This document shows positions 10,152 to 23,072 of a stretch of DNA of 64,000 nucleotides, piece after piece (the first letter of the stretch is position 1; the number at the start of each line of letters is the position of its first letter). This DNA comes from an uncultured Actinomycetota bacterium (GTDB taxonomy: Bacteria > Actinomycetota > Actinomycetes > Propionibacteriales > Nocardioidaceae). The position numbers were made by a program, and so were the translations under genes. The stretch covers positions 76,679 through 140,678 of the forward strand of contig CAWJLZ010000031.1 of the NCBI GenBank assembly GCA_963843825.1, read 5' to 3'. The notes below the pieces were generated by a model. The model did not search any database, was not told the DNA's origin, and saw nothing but the letters and a program-made list of their open reading frames with translations.

Positions 10152-12066
10152 GTCGTGCTCCTCTCGACGTCCACGAGGCGCTCACCGCGGTCCAGCGCGG
10201 TCACGTCCTCGACGATGCTGCGGGCCAGGGCCTGGGGGGTGAGGCCGACCTGCTCCAGGATGGCGGCGCGCTTGGCGTGCTCGAGGAACTCCTGGGGGAT
10301 GCCGTGGATGCGCGCCGGGGTCGCACGCGGCGTCGTTGAGGGCCTGCAGCAGCATCGAGCCGCAGCCGCCGGCCACGCCGTTGTCCTCGACGCTGACCAC
10401 CAGCCGGTGCGTCGCGGGCCAGCTCGACCAGGGCCGGGTCCACCGGCTTGACCCACCGCGGGTCGACCACGGTGACCCCGACGCCCTGGTCGCCGAGGCG
10501 CTCGGCGACCTCGACGCAGGTGCCGGCCATCGCGCCGACCGCGACGAGGAGGACGTCCTGGGCGCCGCTGCGGACGAGCACGTCGCCGCCGCCGACCCGG
10601 CCGACCGCCTCGAGCTCGGCGGCCGGCGGGCCCTTGGGGAAGCGGACCACGGTGGGGGCGTCGGAGACGTCGACGGCCTCGCGCAGCAGCTCGCGCAGCC
10701 GCGGGGCGTCGCGCGGGGCGGCCAGTCGCAGGCCGGGCACCACCTGGAGCACCGACATGTCCCACATGCCGTTGTGCGAGGCGCCGTCGTCGCCGGTGAC
10801 GCCGGCCCGGTCGAGGACGAAGGTGACCCCGCAGCGGTGCAGGGCCACGTCCATGAGCATCTGGTCGAAGGCCCGGTTGAGGAACGTCGCGTAGAGCGCG
10901 ACCACCGGGTGCAGCCCCCCATGGCCAGGCCCGCGGCCGAGGTCGACGGCGTGCTGCTCGGCGATCCCGACGTCGAAGATCCGCTCGGGGTACCGCTCGG
11001 CGAACAGGTGGAGCCCCACCGGGTGCAGCATGGCCGCGGTGATCGCCACGACGTCCGGGCGTTCGTCGCCGATCCGCACGATCTCGTCGGCGAACACGTC
11101 GGTCCAGATCAGGCCCCGCCGGCCTCCGAGACCGGTCTCCACGTCGAAGGGCCCCGGGGAGTGGAACTGGTCGGCCTCGTGCCGCTCGGCGGCGTCGTAG
11201 CCCGAAGCCCTTCGGGTCAGCACGTGCACGATGACCGGGCCCTCGAAGCGCTTGGCCGCCAGGGCGTGCTCGAGCGCGGCCCGGTCGTGGCCGTCGACCG
11301 GGCCGAGGTACTTCAGCCCGAGGTCCTCGAACAGCCCCTGGGGCGCCAGGACGTCCTTCACGCCCGTCTTGATCGCGTGCAGCGCGTCGTAGACCGCGGG
11401 GCCCACGCCGGGCAGTCCGCTGCAGCCGCCGCTTGACCAGGTCGAGCACCGGCTCGTAGCGCGGGTTGGTGCGCAGCACGGTGAGGTGGTCGGCGAGACC
11501 GCCGACGGTCGGGGTGTAGGAGCGGCCGTTGTCGTTGACCACGATCACCAGACGGTGCTCGGCGCCGTGCGGCGACCGGCGATGTTGTTCAGGGCCTCCC
11601 AGGCCATGCCGCCGGTCAGCGCGCCGTCGCCGATCACGGCCACGACGTGGCGGTCGCTCCCCGCGCAGGGCGTAGGCCTTGGCCAGGCCGTCGGCGTAGG
11701 ACAGCGACGGTGGAGGCGTGGGAGTTCTCGACCAGGTCGTGCTCGCGACTCGGCCTGGCTGGGGTAGCCCGACAGGCCGCCCTCGGTGCGGAGGGTGTCG
11801 AACTCGTCGACGCACGGCCGGTGAGCATCTTGTGCACGTAGGCCTGGTGGCCGGTGTCGAAGATCACCCGGTCGGTCGGGGAGTCGAAGACGCGGTGCAG
11901 GGCGAGGGTCAGCTCGACCACGCCGAGGTTGGGGCCGAGGTGGCCTCCGCGCGGCGAGCAGGTCCGGACCAGGAGGTCGCGGATCTCGACTGCGAGGTCG
12001 TGGAGCTCCTGCGGCGGTCAGGTCCTGGAGGTCGCGAGGTCCGGTGAGCGCGTCGAGACGACCCAT
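10148..12066 (-). CDS. dxs: 1-deoxy-D-xylulose-5-phosphate synthase (frameshifted)
   Basis: [59 protein letters not shown]. Confidence 0.95.
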
Positions 12067-12154
12067 CCGGCGACCCCTTCCCTGAACCTGTGGCCCGAGT
12101 CCGGACCGGAGGCGAGTCTATGCCTGCGCCCACAGCCCCCCGTGCCCGGCAGGG

Positions 12155-12525
12155 TCAGAGCCGGGCCACGAACCGGCGACCGCGCAGAGCGTCCTCGACC
12201 AGACCGACGGCCCGACGCTCCGCGAGCAGCCTGGCCTCCTCGGCCTGCCAGGTCTGGATCGCGCGCTCGACGGTGTCGGCGTCGACGACGTCGCGGAGCA
12301 CGGCCCGGGCCTCGCTGAGCCCGCGCCGTACGGCGACCTGGCCGGCCTCCACGTGGAGCACGGCGAACCGGGCCAGCACCACGTCGTGACGCCGCAGGAC
12401 GGGGTAGCCGCGGTACTCCGGCGGGCACAGGTCGAGCAGCCAGGAGACCGCGGTGCGCTCCCAGGCCGGCGCCCCGGGGGGCGGACCGGCTCGGGCCAGC
12501 CGGGCGGGGTGACGAGAGATGCCAT
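12155..12525 (-). CDS. Small conserved-type actinobacterial hypothetical protein (one frameshift)
   Basis: MASLVTPPGWP..., then WERTAVSWLLDLCPPEYRGYPVLRRHDVVLARFA...RRFVARL*; CATACT -10 just upstream. Confidence 0.7.
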
Positions 12526-12549
12526 CGGACAAGAGTATGCCCCCGTTCG

Positions 12550-12563
12550 CGAACGTGTGTTCG
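12550..12563. promoter_or_regulatory. LexA (SOS) box
   Basis: CGAAC-GTGT-GTTCG matches the actinobacterial CGAAC-N4-GTTCG consensus and overlaps the -35 region of the 12155-12525 gene. Confidence 0.75.
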
Positions 12564-12600
12564 AACGGGGGCGTACTCCGTTGTCCCGGAGCGTCTGCGC

Positions 12601-14964
12601 TCAGCCGCCCTGGTGCACCCCGGCGGCGAAGAGCTGCGCCACCTGCGCCGGCTTCAGCGCCGACGGGAAGGTCGCCATCTCGTCCACGTCGCCCTCGAAG
12701 TGCTCCGAGGCCGGCCAGGTCAGGTCGTAGAAGTTGCGTCCGAAGACGGCCTGCTCCTTGGCCAGGTCGGTGTAGCCCAGCCGGGTGTAGCCGCTGACCA
12801 GGCCGCCGGCGGTGCCGACGTACTGGAAGAGCTGCGTGCCGTCGACGTAGAGCGTCGCGGTGCCGGTGGCGTTGTCCCAGCTCGCGACCATCAGGTGCCA
12901 GCGGCCGTCGTTGTAGACCGGGCCCTGCAGCCGCACGTTGTTCAGCCGCGGCCCCAGCGGGTCGAGGCTGCCCAGCGAGGCCGGGCGGTGCACCGAGAAC
13001 ACCAGGTTGCCGTTGTTGTCCATCGTCACCGCGCGGTCCGAGTACGACCCGTCGCCGGCCTGGACGTCGGTCACCGCCAGCAGCGAGCCGCCGTCGATGG
13101 AGGTGGTGCGGAACCACACCGACTGGCTGAACGACGGGCTGAGCAGCCGCGTGCGGTCGGAGGCGAGGTGGCCCGAGGTGCCGTCGAGCCGGACCGCCGT
13201 GGTCCCGCGGAAGGCACCGGGCACCCCGGGGGTGGCCCCGCCGACCAGCAGGCCGCCGAACCCCTTGCCCGAGGAGTCCGCCACGTCACCGTCGGTGTCG
13301 TCGAGGTTCCAGTAGGAGTCGGCGCCCAGGTCGCGGACCAGCGTGGCGTAGTCGGCCGGGTCGGTGTCGGCGACCGTGACCTTGCCCGCGCTCGAGCCCT
13401 TGGAGGTGTGCACGCCGTCGCTGACGGTCAGCCGGTACGACGCCGTCGACCCGGCGGGTCGGTCCTCGTCGAAGCGCATCATCGGCTGCGACCACGGCCA
13501 CGACTCCACGGTGGTGGTGTACACCGGGGTGCCCGTGACCGAGCTGCCGCGGTAGAGCCGGTAGGTCAGCGTGCCGTTGTCGGCGTCGTAGGTCGCGGGC
13601 CAGGTGACCGTGACGTGGCCGGCTCCGGTGGCCTGCACGGTCGGCACCTGAGGACGGACCGGCGTCGCGCCGTTGGCCGGGCCGTAGCGGACCAGGCCCT
13701 GCTGGCGCACCTTGTCGACCTTGGTGAAGTCGCCCCCGACGAAGATCTGGCTGCCGTCGTTGCGGATCACGTGCGGGCCGATCGGCTGGTTGCCCGACCC
13801 GTTGGTGTCCGGGTTCCAGTGCATGAACTCGCCGGTGTCGACGTTCTGGGCCACCAGGTGCCAGCGCACGAAGGTCTCGCGCGAGGTTCCCCCGACGAAC
13901 CCGCCCCGCGCGTCACCGGGGGTGAAGGCGCAGTCGTGCTGGTGCGAGGCCTTGTAGAGCACGCCCTTCATCACCGTGATGCCCTGCGAGGCGCCGAGGC
14001 AGGAGCTGTGCCAGCGCAGGCGGCCGTCGCTGATGTCGGCCTGGTAGGTGCCCTCGTAGCAGCCCGGCGGGTCACCCTCGCCGGTCACGTAGGCCCGGTC
14101 GCCCACGGCGACGATGTCGGTCACCCGGCCGGCGCAGAGGATGTTGATCGGCTGCGAGGCGTTGGCCTGCCACTGCTCGAGCGCTCCGGTGTCGGGGTCG
14201 ACCGAGGCCATCCCGCCGGTGCTCACCCCGTTGACGGTGTTGAAGGACCCGCCGACCAGGACGCGGCCGCGCTCGGGGACCGCCTCGACGGTGCCGGCCC
14301 GGACGTCGAGGTCGGCGGTGAAGCCCCGGTCCACGGCGCCGGAGCCCAGGTCGAGCTTGGCGAAACGGCCCTTGTCCACCCCCTTGATCCTGGTGAAGTC
14401 CCCAGCCGCGTAGACCGCGGTCGGCGTGGTGTCCAGCGCGACGACGTTGCCGTTGGCGTTGGCCGCCCAGCTCGTGATCAGGTCGCCGGTCGACGCGTCG
14501 AGGGCGGCGACCTTGCGCCGGGTCACCCCGTCGACCTTGCTGAACGCCCCCGCGACGTAGATCCGCGAGCCGTCGGGGCTCACCGCGATGTCGTCGACGA
14601 AGTTGTTCAAGGTGGTGTCGAACCGGGTGACCAGCGCTCCGGTCGAGGCGTTGAAGGCCGCCAGGTAGGTCCGCGCGGTCTCGTTCGTGCCGGCCTCCGC
14701 CCCCGGGGGCCGGACCTTGGTGAAGTTGCCGCCCGCGTAGACGATCCCCTTGCTGACCGCCAGGGCCCGGACGGTGTTGTTGGTCTGCCACATCGGCGTC
14801 TCGGCGAAGGAGCCGGACACCGACTGGTCGAGACTGACCTTGGGCAGCGGAGTGGTGGCCGCGGACGCGGCGTCGGTGGTGGCGCTCAGGACGAGCGCGG
14901 GGGCCACGAGGGCCCCGGTGGCCGCGACGGTCGCGGCCACGGTGGACAGGCGGGTACGGCGCAT
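12601..14964 (-). CDS. Large secreted protein: signal peptide, beta-propeller-like region, FN3-like domain, C-terminal LamG/concanavalin-like domain
   Basis: Hydrophobic N-terminus; repeated YAGGNF/YVAGAF/LVGGSF blades; YWNLDD...SVWFRT...NDGRWH...LYVDG...GDVDEMA LamG signature. Confidence 0.75.
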   Translation of the reverse strand: MRRTRLSTVAATVAATGALVAPALVLSATTDAASAATTPLPKVSLDQSVSGSFAETPMWQTNNTVRALAVSKGIVYAGGNFTKVRPPGAEAGTNETARTYLAAFNASTGALVTRFDTTLNNFVDDIAVSPDGSRIYVAGAFSKVDGVTRRKVAALDASTGDLITSWAANANGNVVALDTTPTAVYAAGDFTRIKGVDKGRFAKLDLGSGAVDRGFTADLDVRAGTVEAVPERGRVLVGGSFNTVNGVSTGGMASVDPDTGALEQWQANASQPINILCAGRVTDIVAVGDRAYVTGEGDPPGCYEGTYQADISDGRLRWHSSCLGASQGITVMKGVLYKASHQHDCAFTPGDARGGFVGGTSRETFVRWHLVAQNVDTGEFMHWNPDTNGSGNQPIGPHVIRNDGSQIFVGGDFTKVDKVRQQGLVRYGPANGATPVRPQVPTVQATGAGHVTVTWPATYDADNGTLTYRLYRGSSVTGTPVYTTTVESWPWSQPMMRFDEDRPAGSTASYRLTVSDGVHTSKGSSAGKVTVADTDPADYATLVRDLGADSYWNLDDTDGDVADSSGKGFGGLLVGGATPGVPGAFRGTTAVRLDGTSGHLASDRTRLLSPSFSQSVWFRTTSIDGGSLLAVTDVQAGDGSYSDRAVTMDNNGNLVFSVHRPASLGSLDPLGPRLNNVRLQGPVYNDGRWHLMVASWDNATGTATLYVDGTQLFQYVGTAGGLVSGYTRLGYTDLAKEQAVFGRNFYDLTWPASEHFEGDVDEMATFPSALKPAQVAQLFAAGVHQGG

Positions 14965-15115
14965 GACGATGTGGTCCCCCGGTTCGGTGTGCAGAACGGT
15001 CCGTGACCCCTCACGGATCACCTCACCGTAACGACCGAGAATGCGGACAGATCCTCGTGAAACAGTTAAATCGTCTCTACCGCCCAGACCTCATCCTTTC
15101 GGCGGAAAAAGACGA

Positions 15116-15147
15116 GCCGGTGGTCCCGAGGGATCGGGACCACCGGC
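15116..15147 (-). terminator. Intrinsic terminator downstream of acnA
   Basis: 14-bp stem GCCGGTGGTCCCGA/TCGGGACCACCGGC, 4-nt loop, followed by TCGTCTTTTT on the minus strand. Confidence 0.85.
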
Positions 15148-15172
15148 CGTCGTGCTCGCAGATCCGACGGGG

Positions 15173-18021
<2,849 letters not shown>

Positions 18022-18123
18022 GCGCCGTCTCCTCGTCGTTCGTCTGATGGGCCCAGGGCCCTCCGCCCATCCTGCCGCGTGCGTCAACGGCGGGTCGCCG
18101 GGGGGCCGGACCTCGGTCATATC

Positions 18124-18137
18124 TCTTGATGTCAAGA
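18124..18137. promoter_or_regulatory. Palindromic operator candidate upstream of acnA
   Basis: TCTTGA-TG-TCAAGA perfect 6-bp arms in an AT-rich patch about 100 bp upstream of the acnA start. Confidence 0.6.
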
Positions 18138-18189
18138 TACACGACGTCAAGGCATCTCGGGAAGGGCTTCCGCAGGCCGAGGTGACGGG

Positions 18190-19116
18190 TCAGCGGGACC
18201 CCTCGTCTCCCGCCGCTCCCTCGGGCTCCACGCCGGCCAGCGACCGGACACGGGCCAGCACCACCGGCCAGGCGGCGCCGTCCGGGTCGACCAGGTCGAA
18301 GTGGTTGGCACCCTCGAGGTAGTCGAGCTCGACCGGGTCGCTCCCGTGGTCGTTCCCGTGGTCGTTCGCGGCACGCACGTAGGCGCGAGACTGCTCGATC
18401 AGGCTCGTCGCGTCCGCGCTCCCGACGATCAGCGACTGGACCGCCCCGACGTGCTGCCACCGGACCATCGGCGACACCTGCCGTACCCGTGCCTGCAGCT
18501 CCTGCGTCGACAGGGGACCGTCTGCCCCGAGCAGGATGCTCAGGAACTCCGGCGGCTCCGGCCCGTCGCCCATGAAGGCGTCCAGGTCGAGCATGCCGGC
18601 CAGCGTGAGCACTCCGCGGATCGCCAGCGGCGAGGACGTGTGCACGTCGCTCTCCGCAGCGACGGCGGATCGTCCGGCCGCCCAGGTCACGAACGTCCCA
18701 CCCGCCGAGTGGCCGACGACGACGACCCTGTCGAGGTCCAGCCGGAAACGTCCGGCGACCGAGCGGAGGTGGTCGATGCCCGTGGCGATGTCCAGCCACG
18801 TCCCGGGCCAGCCGCCGCCTCGCTGTCCGGGCTTGCGGTACTCCAGGTTCCACGTCGCCACCCCTGCCGCCACGGTCAGCCGCTCCGCCAGCGGAGCGAT
18901 GTGGTCGAGCGACCAGTTCGGCGAGTAGCCGCCGCCGTGGACCACCACGACGACCGGATGGCCGGCCTCGTCGGCGGGGTCGTGCGCCGGGAGACGGAGG
19001 TCCCCGAACTGCTGGGCGTCATCGCCGTAGCGCAGCCGGTGGTCCGGGAGGCGCCGGGGCAGCCACTCGACGATGTCCTGCGGGGTCGGGTTGGCGTACC
19101 GCCTCCCGGCGCTCAC
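18190..19116 (-). CDS. Alpha/beta hydrolase (esterase / kynurenine formamidase-like)
   Basis: [28 protein letters not shown] nucleophile elbow, NHFDLVDP; GTGA overlap with upstream ATPase stop. Confidence 0.8.
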   Translation of the reverse strand: MSAGRRYANPTPQDIVEWLPRRLPDHRLRYGDDAQQFGDLRLPAHDPADEAGHPVVVVVHGGGYSPNWSLDHIAPLAERLTVAAGVATWNLEYRKPGQRGGGWPGTWLDIATGIDHLRSVAGRFRLDLDRVVVVGHSAGGTFVTWAAGRSAVAAESDVHTSSPLAIRGVLTLAGMLDLDAFMGDGPEPPEFLSILLGADGPLSTQELQARVRQVSPMVRWQHVGAVQSLIVGSADATSLIEQSRAYVRAANDHGNDHGSDPVELDYLEGANHFDLVDPDGAAWPVVLARVRSLAGVEPEGAAGDEGSR

Positions 19117-20088
19117 GCCGACGAGTCCGAACGCTGGAGCCAGCACGCCTGCGTGCGTCCGGGCTCCACCGTCAGCAGCGGCGGGGTCTCGGTCCGGCAG
19201 CGGTCGAAGGCCAGCGGACAGCGCGGGTGGAACCGGCAACCGGCGGGCGGAGCCGCGGGGTCGGGCACCTCGCCGGGCAGCACCGTCGGGCTGGGAACGC
19301 TCGCCGTCCGCCCGCGGGATAGCGCCGATGAGAGCTTCGGTGTACGGGTGCCGAGGGGTGCGCCACAGGTCACCGGTCGGCGCCTGCTCGACGACCAGTC
19401 CCAGGTACATCACCGCGACCTCGTCGGCGACCTGGTTGACGATCGCGAGGTCGTGCGAGATGAGCAGCATCCCGATGTCGAGCTCGCGGCACAGCCTGAC
19501 GAGCAGGTTCGCGACCTGGGCCTGCGCGGACGCGTCGAGCGCCGAGAGCGGCTCGTCGAGCACGATGACGGTCGGGTCCGCGGCCAGGGCCCGGGCGATG
19601 GCGATGCGCTGCCGCTGCCCGCCGCTGAACTGGTGCGGGTAGCGGCTGCCGGCGGCGCGCGGGAGCCCGACCTGCTCGAGCAGCTCCTCGACACGCGCCG
19701 GGTGTCCGCTGGCGAGGGGTACGCCGCGAGATCTCCAGGGCATCGGCCAGCTGGGAGCCGACGGTCCGGCGTGGGTTCAGCGAGGACGTGCGGATCCTGG
19801 AACACCATCTGGAGCCCGGTCAGCGAGGCCGACCGCGAGCGGAGCCCGAGCGGCTTGACCGGCTCGCCGTGGAAGAGGACCGTCGCCGGCACTGGGCGCG
19901 ACGAGACCCACGGCCGCGCGGGCCAGCGTCGACTTGCCACAACCGCTCTCGCCCACCAGGCCGACGATCTGGCCGCGCCCGATCGAGATGCTCGCTCCCG
20001 CGACCGCCCGGACCGACGACCGGTGTCGGCGCTGGTAGACGACCTCGACGTCGGTGACGTCGAGCGCAGGCGCTGCCGGACTGGTCAC
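19113..20088 (-). CDS. Peptide ABC transporter ATP-binding protein (OppF/DppF-like; frameshifted)
   Basis: GESGCGKS, FSGGQRQR, LDEPLSALD, ISHDL, HPYT, CRFHPRC. Confidence 0.9.
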
Positions 20089-21078
20089 GACGACCCCTCC
20101 TTCGACTCGACCGCACCTGACGCCGTGGCCACGACGCAGGCGACCCGGTCCGCCGCGACCTTCTCCAGCGGCGGGACGGCGGACCGGCACTCGTCGACGA
20201 CCTTCGGACAGCGCGGGTGGAACGCGCACCCGGCCGGCAGCGTCGCGCGGTGCCGGGCGGGCTGCCGGGGATCGGCGCAGCTCGCCTCGGAGCGGTCCGG
20301 ACGGGGCAGCGCGTCGAGAAGCGCCCGCGTGTACGGGTGCCGCGGGTCCTGGAGGACCCGTCGCGTCGTGCCGGCCTCGACGATGCGCCCGGCGTACATC
20401 ACCGTGAGGCGGTCGGCCGCCGTGCTCATCACGCCGAGGTCGTGCGTGATCAGGACGACCGACAGCCCGTTCTCCGGCGCAGCCGGTCGAGCAGCCGGAT
20501 GATCGCCGGCCTGGACGGTCACGTCGAGCGCCGTGGTCGGCTCGTCGGCGATCAGCAGCCGGGGCCGGCACGTCAGCGCCGAGGCGATCGCGATCCGCTG
20601 GCGCATGCCGCCGGAGAACTGGTGCGGGTAGCTGGTGAGGCTTCCCTCGGGATCGGGGATGCCGGACCTCGGTCAGCATCTCGGCCGCACGCTCGCGCGC
20701 CTCGGCGCGGCTCATCCCGAAGTGCTGCCGCACCTGGGTCGTGAGCGACTTGCCGATCGTCAGCATCGGGTGCAGGGAGGTCATCGGGTCCTGGAAGACC
20801 ATCGACGATCTCGTTGCCCCGCACCGCTCGCATCGCCTTCGCGTCCAGCCCGAGCAGGTCACGCCCTGGTAGACGACGCGGCCCTCCACGACGGCCCTCG
20901 GTGGCAGCAGGCGCAGGAGGGCGAGCGCGCTCATGGTCTTGCCGCTGCCGCTCTCCCCGGCGATGCCGAAGACCTCGCCCTCCTCGACGGTGAAGTCGAG
21001 CCCGTCGACGATGGTCACGGAGCCGCTCGGGGACGGCAGGCTGACCCGCAGGCCCTCGACCTCGAGCAGCGCGCTCAT
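20085..21078 (-). CDS. Peptide ABC transporter ATP-binding protein (OppD/DppD-like; frameshifted)
   Basis: [39 protein letters not shown]. Confidence 0.9.
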
Positions 21079-21978
21079 GACCGCTCACCGCTCCCCCACG
21101 AGCTGCGCGGGTCGATCGCGTCGCGCAGGCTGTCACCGATGAAGTTGAAGGCCAGCACCACCGTGAAGATCGCCAGCCCCGGGAACGTGCCGATCCACCA
21201 GGACTGGAAGTTGGCGGTGCCCTCCGACACCATCGCGCCCCACTCGGGGCTCGGCGGTTGGGCTCCGAGACCGAGGAAGGACAGGCCGGCCAGCAGCAGC
21301 ACCGCGTTCCCGATGTCGAGGGTCGCCAGCACGAGGACCGGACCGATGACGTTGGGGGCGACGTCCTTGCGCAGGGCCCGCGCGGACGAGGCACCGAGCA
21401 GGCGCACGGACTGCACGTACTCGCGCGCGCCGGCCGACAGCACGAGACCCCGCACGACCCGCGCGTAGGTCGGCCACGTGACCAGGGCCAGTGCCAGGAC
21501 GGCGTTCTGCAGGCTCGGCCCCAGCACCGCCGTCACGACCATGGCCAGGATGATCGCCGGGAAGGCGAACACGATGTCCACCACGCGCATCAGGAACGAG
21601 TCGACCCAGCCCCCGAAGAAGCCCGCCACCGCGCCGACGACGCAGCCGATGCTGACCGCGATCACCACCAGCACGGCTCCCAGGGGCAGCGAGACCCGGG
21701 AGGCGTGGACGACCCGGCTGAAGACGTCGCGGCCGAGCTGGTCGGTGCCCAACCAGTGGCCCCCGGACGGCGCTCGGAGCAGGTCCGCGCTCGGAGTCGA
21801 TCGGGTCCTGCGTGCCGATCAGCGGCGCCGCGATCATCACCACCACCCAGAACAGCACGATCGCGAGACCGGTGAGCGCCAACGGCCGGCGCAGCGAGGC
21901 CGGCAGGCGACGCCGACGCAGGCGCATCGGCAGTGCCGGCCGCGGCTCGGTCGTCGGTGGGGCGTCGAGGTCGGTCAT
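21075..21978 (-). CDS. Peptide ABC transporter permease (OppC/DppC-like; one frameshift)
   Basis: GTDQLGRDVFSR, LSFLGLGAQPPSPEWG, NFIGDSLRDAIDPR. Confidence 0.9.
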
Positions 21979-23072
21979 GTCACTCGAATCCTTGGATCCA
22001 GTACTCCGTAGAGCAGGTCGACGACGAGGTTCACCAGCAGGTACACGAGGGCGACGAAGATGCTGACCCCCATGATCGCGGGCAGGTCCAGCGTCGAGGC
22101 GGCCTGGTAGCCGTAGCGCCCGATCCCCGGCCACGCGAAGATGTTCTCCACCAGGACCGCCCCGGTCAGGACGTTCGCGAAGAGCAGCCCGATCACGGTG
22201 ATCACCGACGGCATGGCCGCCCGCAGGACGTAGCCCAGGACCACGGTGCGCTCGGACAGACCCTGCGCCCGTGCCGCGCGCACGTAGTCCTGGTCGACGA
22301 CGTCCAGCACGGCAGACCGGGTGTAGCGCGTCAGCAACCCGATGCTGGCGGCGGCGAGCACCGCCGAGGGCAGGATGACGTGCTGCAAGGCGTTGACGAA
22401 CACCGACCACTGTCCCTGGACGAGCGCGTCCACGGTGTACATGCCGGTGATCTCGGCCGGTGGAGCCATGACCGGGTCCAGTCGTCCTCCGCCGGGCAAC
22501 AGGCCCCAGACGTAGAAGAACAGGTAGAGCAGCACCAGCGCCAACCAGAAGACCGGCACCGAGATGCCGGACAGCGACGCCACCCGGAGCACGTGGTCGG
22601 GCCAGCGGTCGTGGTAGAGCGCAGCCAGCACACCGAAGCCCACCCCGACGATGGTGGCCATCACGATCGCCAGCAGCGCGAGCTCGAGCGTGGCGGGCAC
22701 GAACGCCCTCAGGTCGGCGAGCACCGGGTTGTGCGTCTGCTGGGAGACCCCGAGGTCACCGTGCAGCAGGTTCTGCATGTACTGCAGGTACTGCACCGCA
22801 AGCGGGTCGTCCAACCCGTGCACGTCCCGGTAGTTCGCGAGCTGGTCCGGGGTCGCCTGCTGTCCCAGGGCAGCCACGGCGGGATCGGAGGGCACCGCAC
22901 GCGTCAGCAGGAACGAGATGAGGGTGATGCCGAAGAGGATCACCAGCGAGGCGACGAAGCGCCCGGCCACGAAGCGTGGCAGCGGTCGGCGGTGCCAGCT
23001 GGGTCGGGACTCCGAGGATCCCGACCCAGCGAGCGCCGCGTCGGCGCTAGTTGGTGCCGATTGCGGCGACAT
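21975..23072 (-). CDS. Peptide ABC transporter permease (OppB/DppB-like)
   Basis: GLDDPL, GDLGVS, PATLEL, QDYVRAARAQG, ENIFAWPGIG, LDPRIR. Confidence 0.92.
   Translation of the reverse strand: MSPQSAPTSADAALAGSGSSESRPSWHRRPLPRFVAGRFVASLVILFGITLISFLLTRAVPSDPAVAALGQQATPDQLANYRDVHGLDDPLAVQYLQYMQNLLHGDLGVSQQTHNPVLADLRAFVPATLELALLAIVMATIVGVGFGVLAALYHDRWPDHVLRVASLSGISVPVFWLALVLLYLFFYVWGLLPGGGRLDPVMAPPAEITGMYTVDALVQGQWSVFVNALQHVILPSAVLAAASIGLLTRYTRSAVLDVVDQDYVRAARAQGLSERTVVLGYVLRAAMPSVITVIGLLFANVLTGAVLVENIFAWPGIGRYGYQAASTLDLPAIMGVSIFVALVYLLVNLVVDLLYGVLDPRIRVT

Noticed and set aside
10148-12066. dxs and other core genes as pseudogenes or programmed frameshifts
   Set aside because: Indels are scattered over many core genes with catalytic motifs intact and no consistent slippery sites, which fits sequencing error.
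12613-15006. Long antisense ORFs (also 4488-6314, 18301-20502, 22918-24756, 53188-55026)
   Set aside because: Shadow ORFs typical of high-GC coding strands, with no motifs of their own.
18190-19743. ABC ATPase-hydrolase fusion (517-aa ORF)
   Set aside because: The ATPase C-terminus lies in another frame and stops at 19113 with a GTGA overlap; the apparent fusion comes from an indel.
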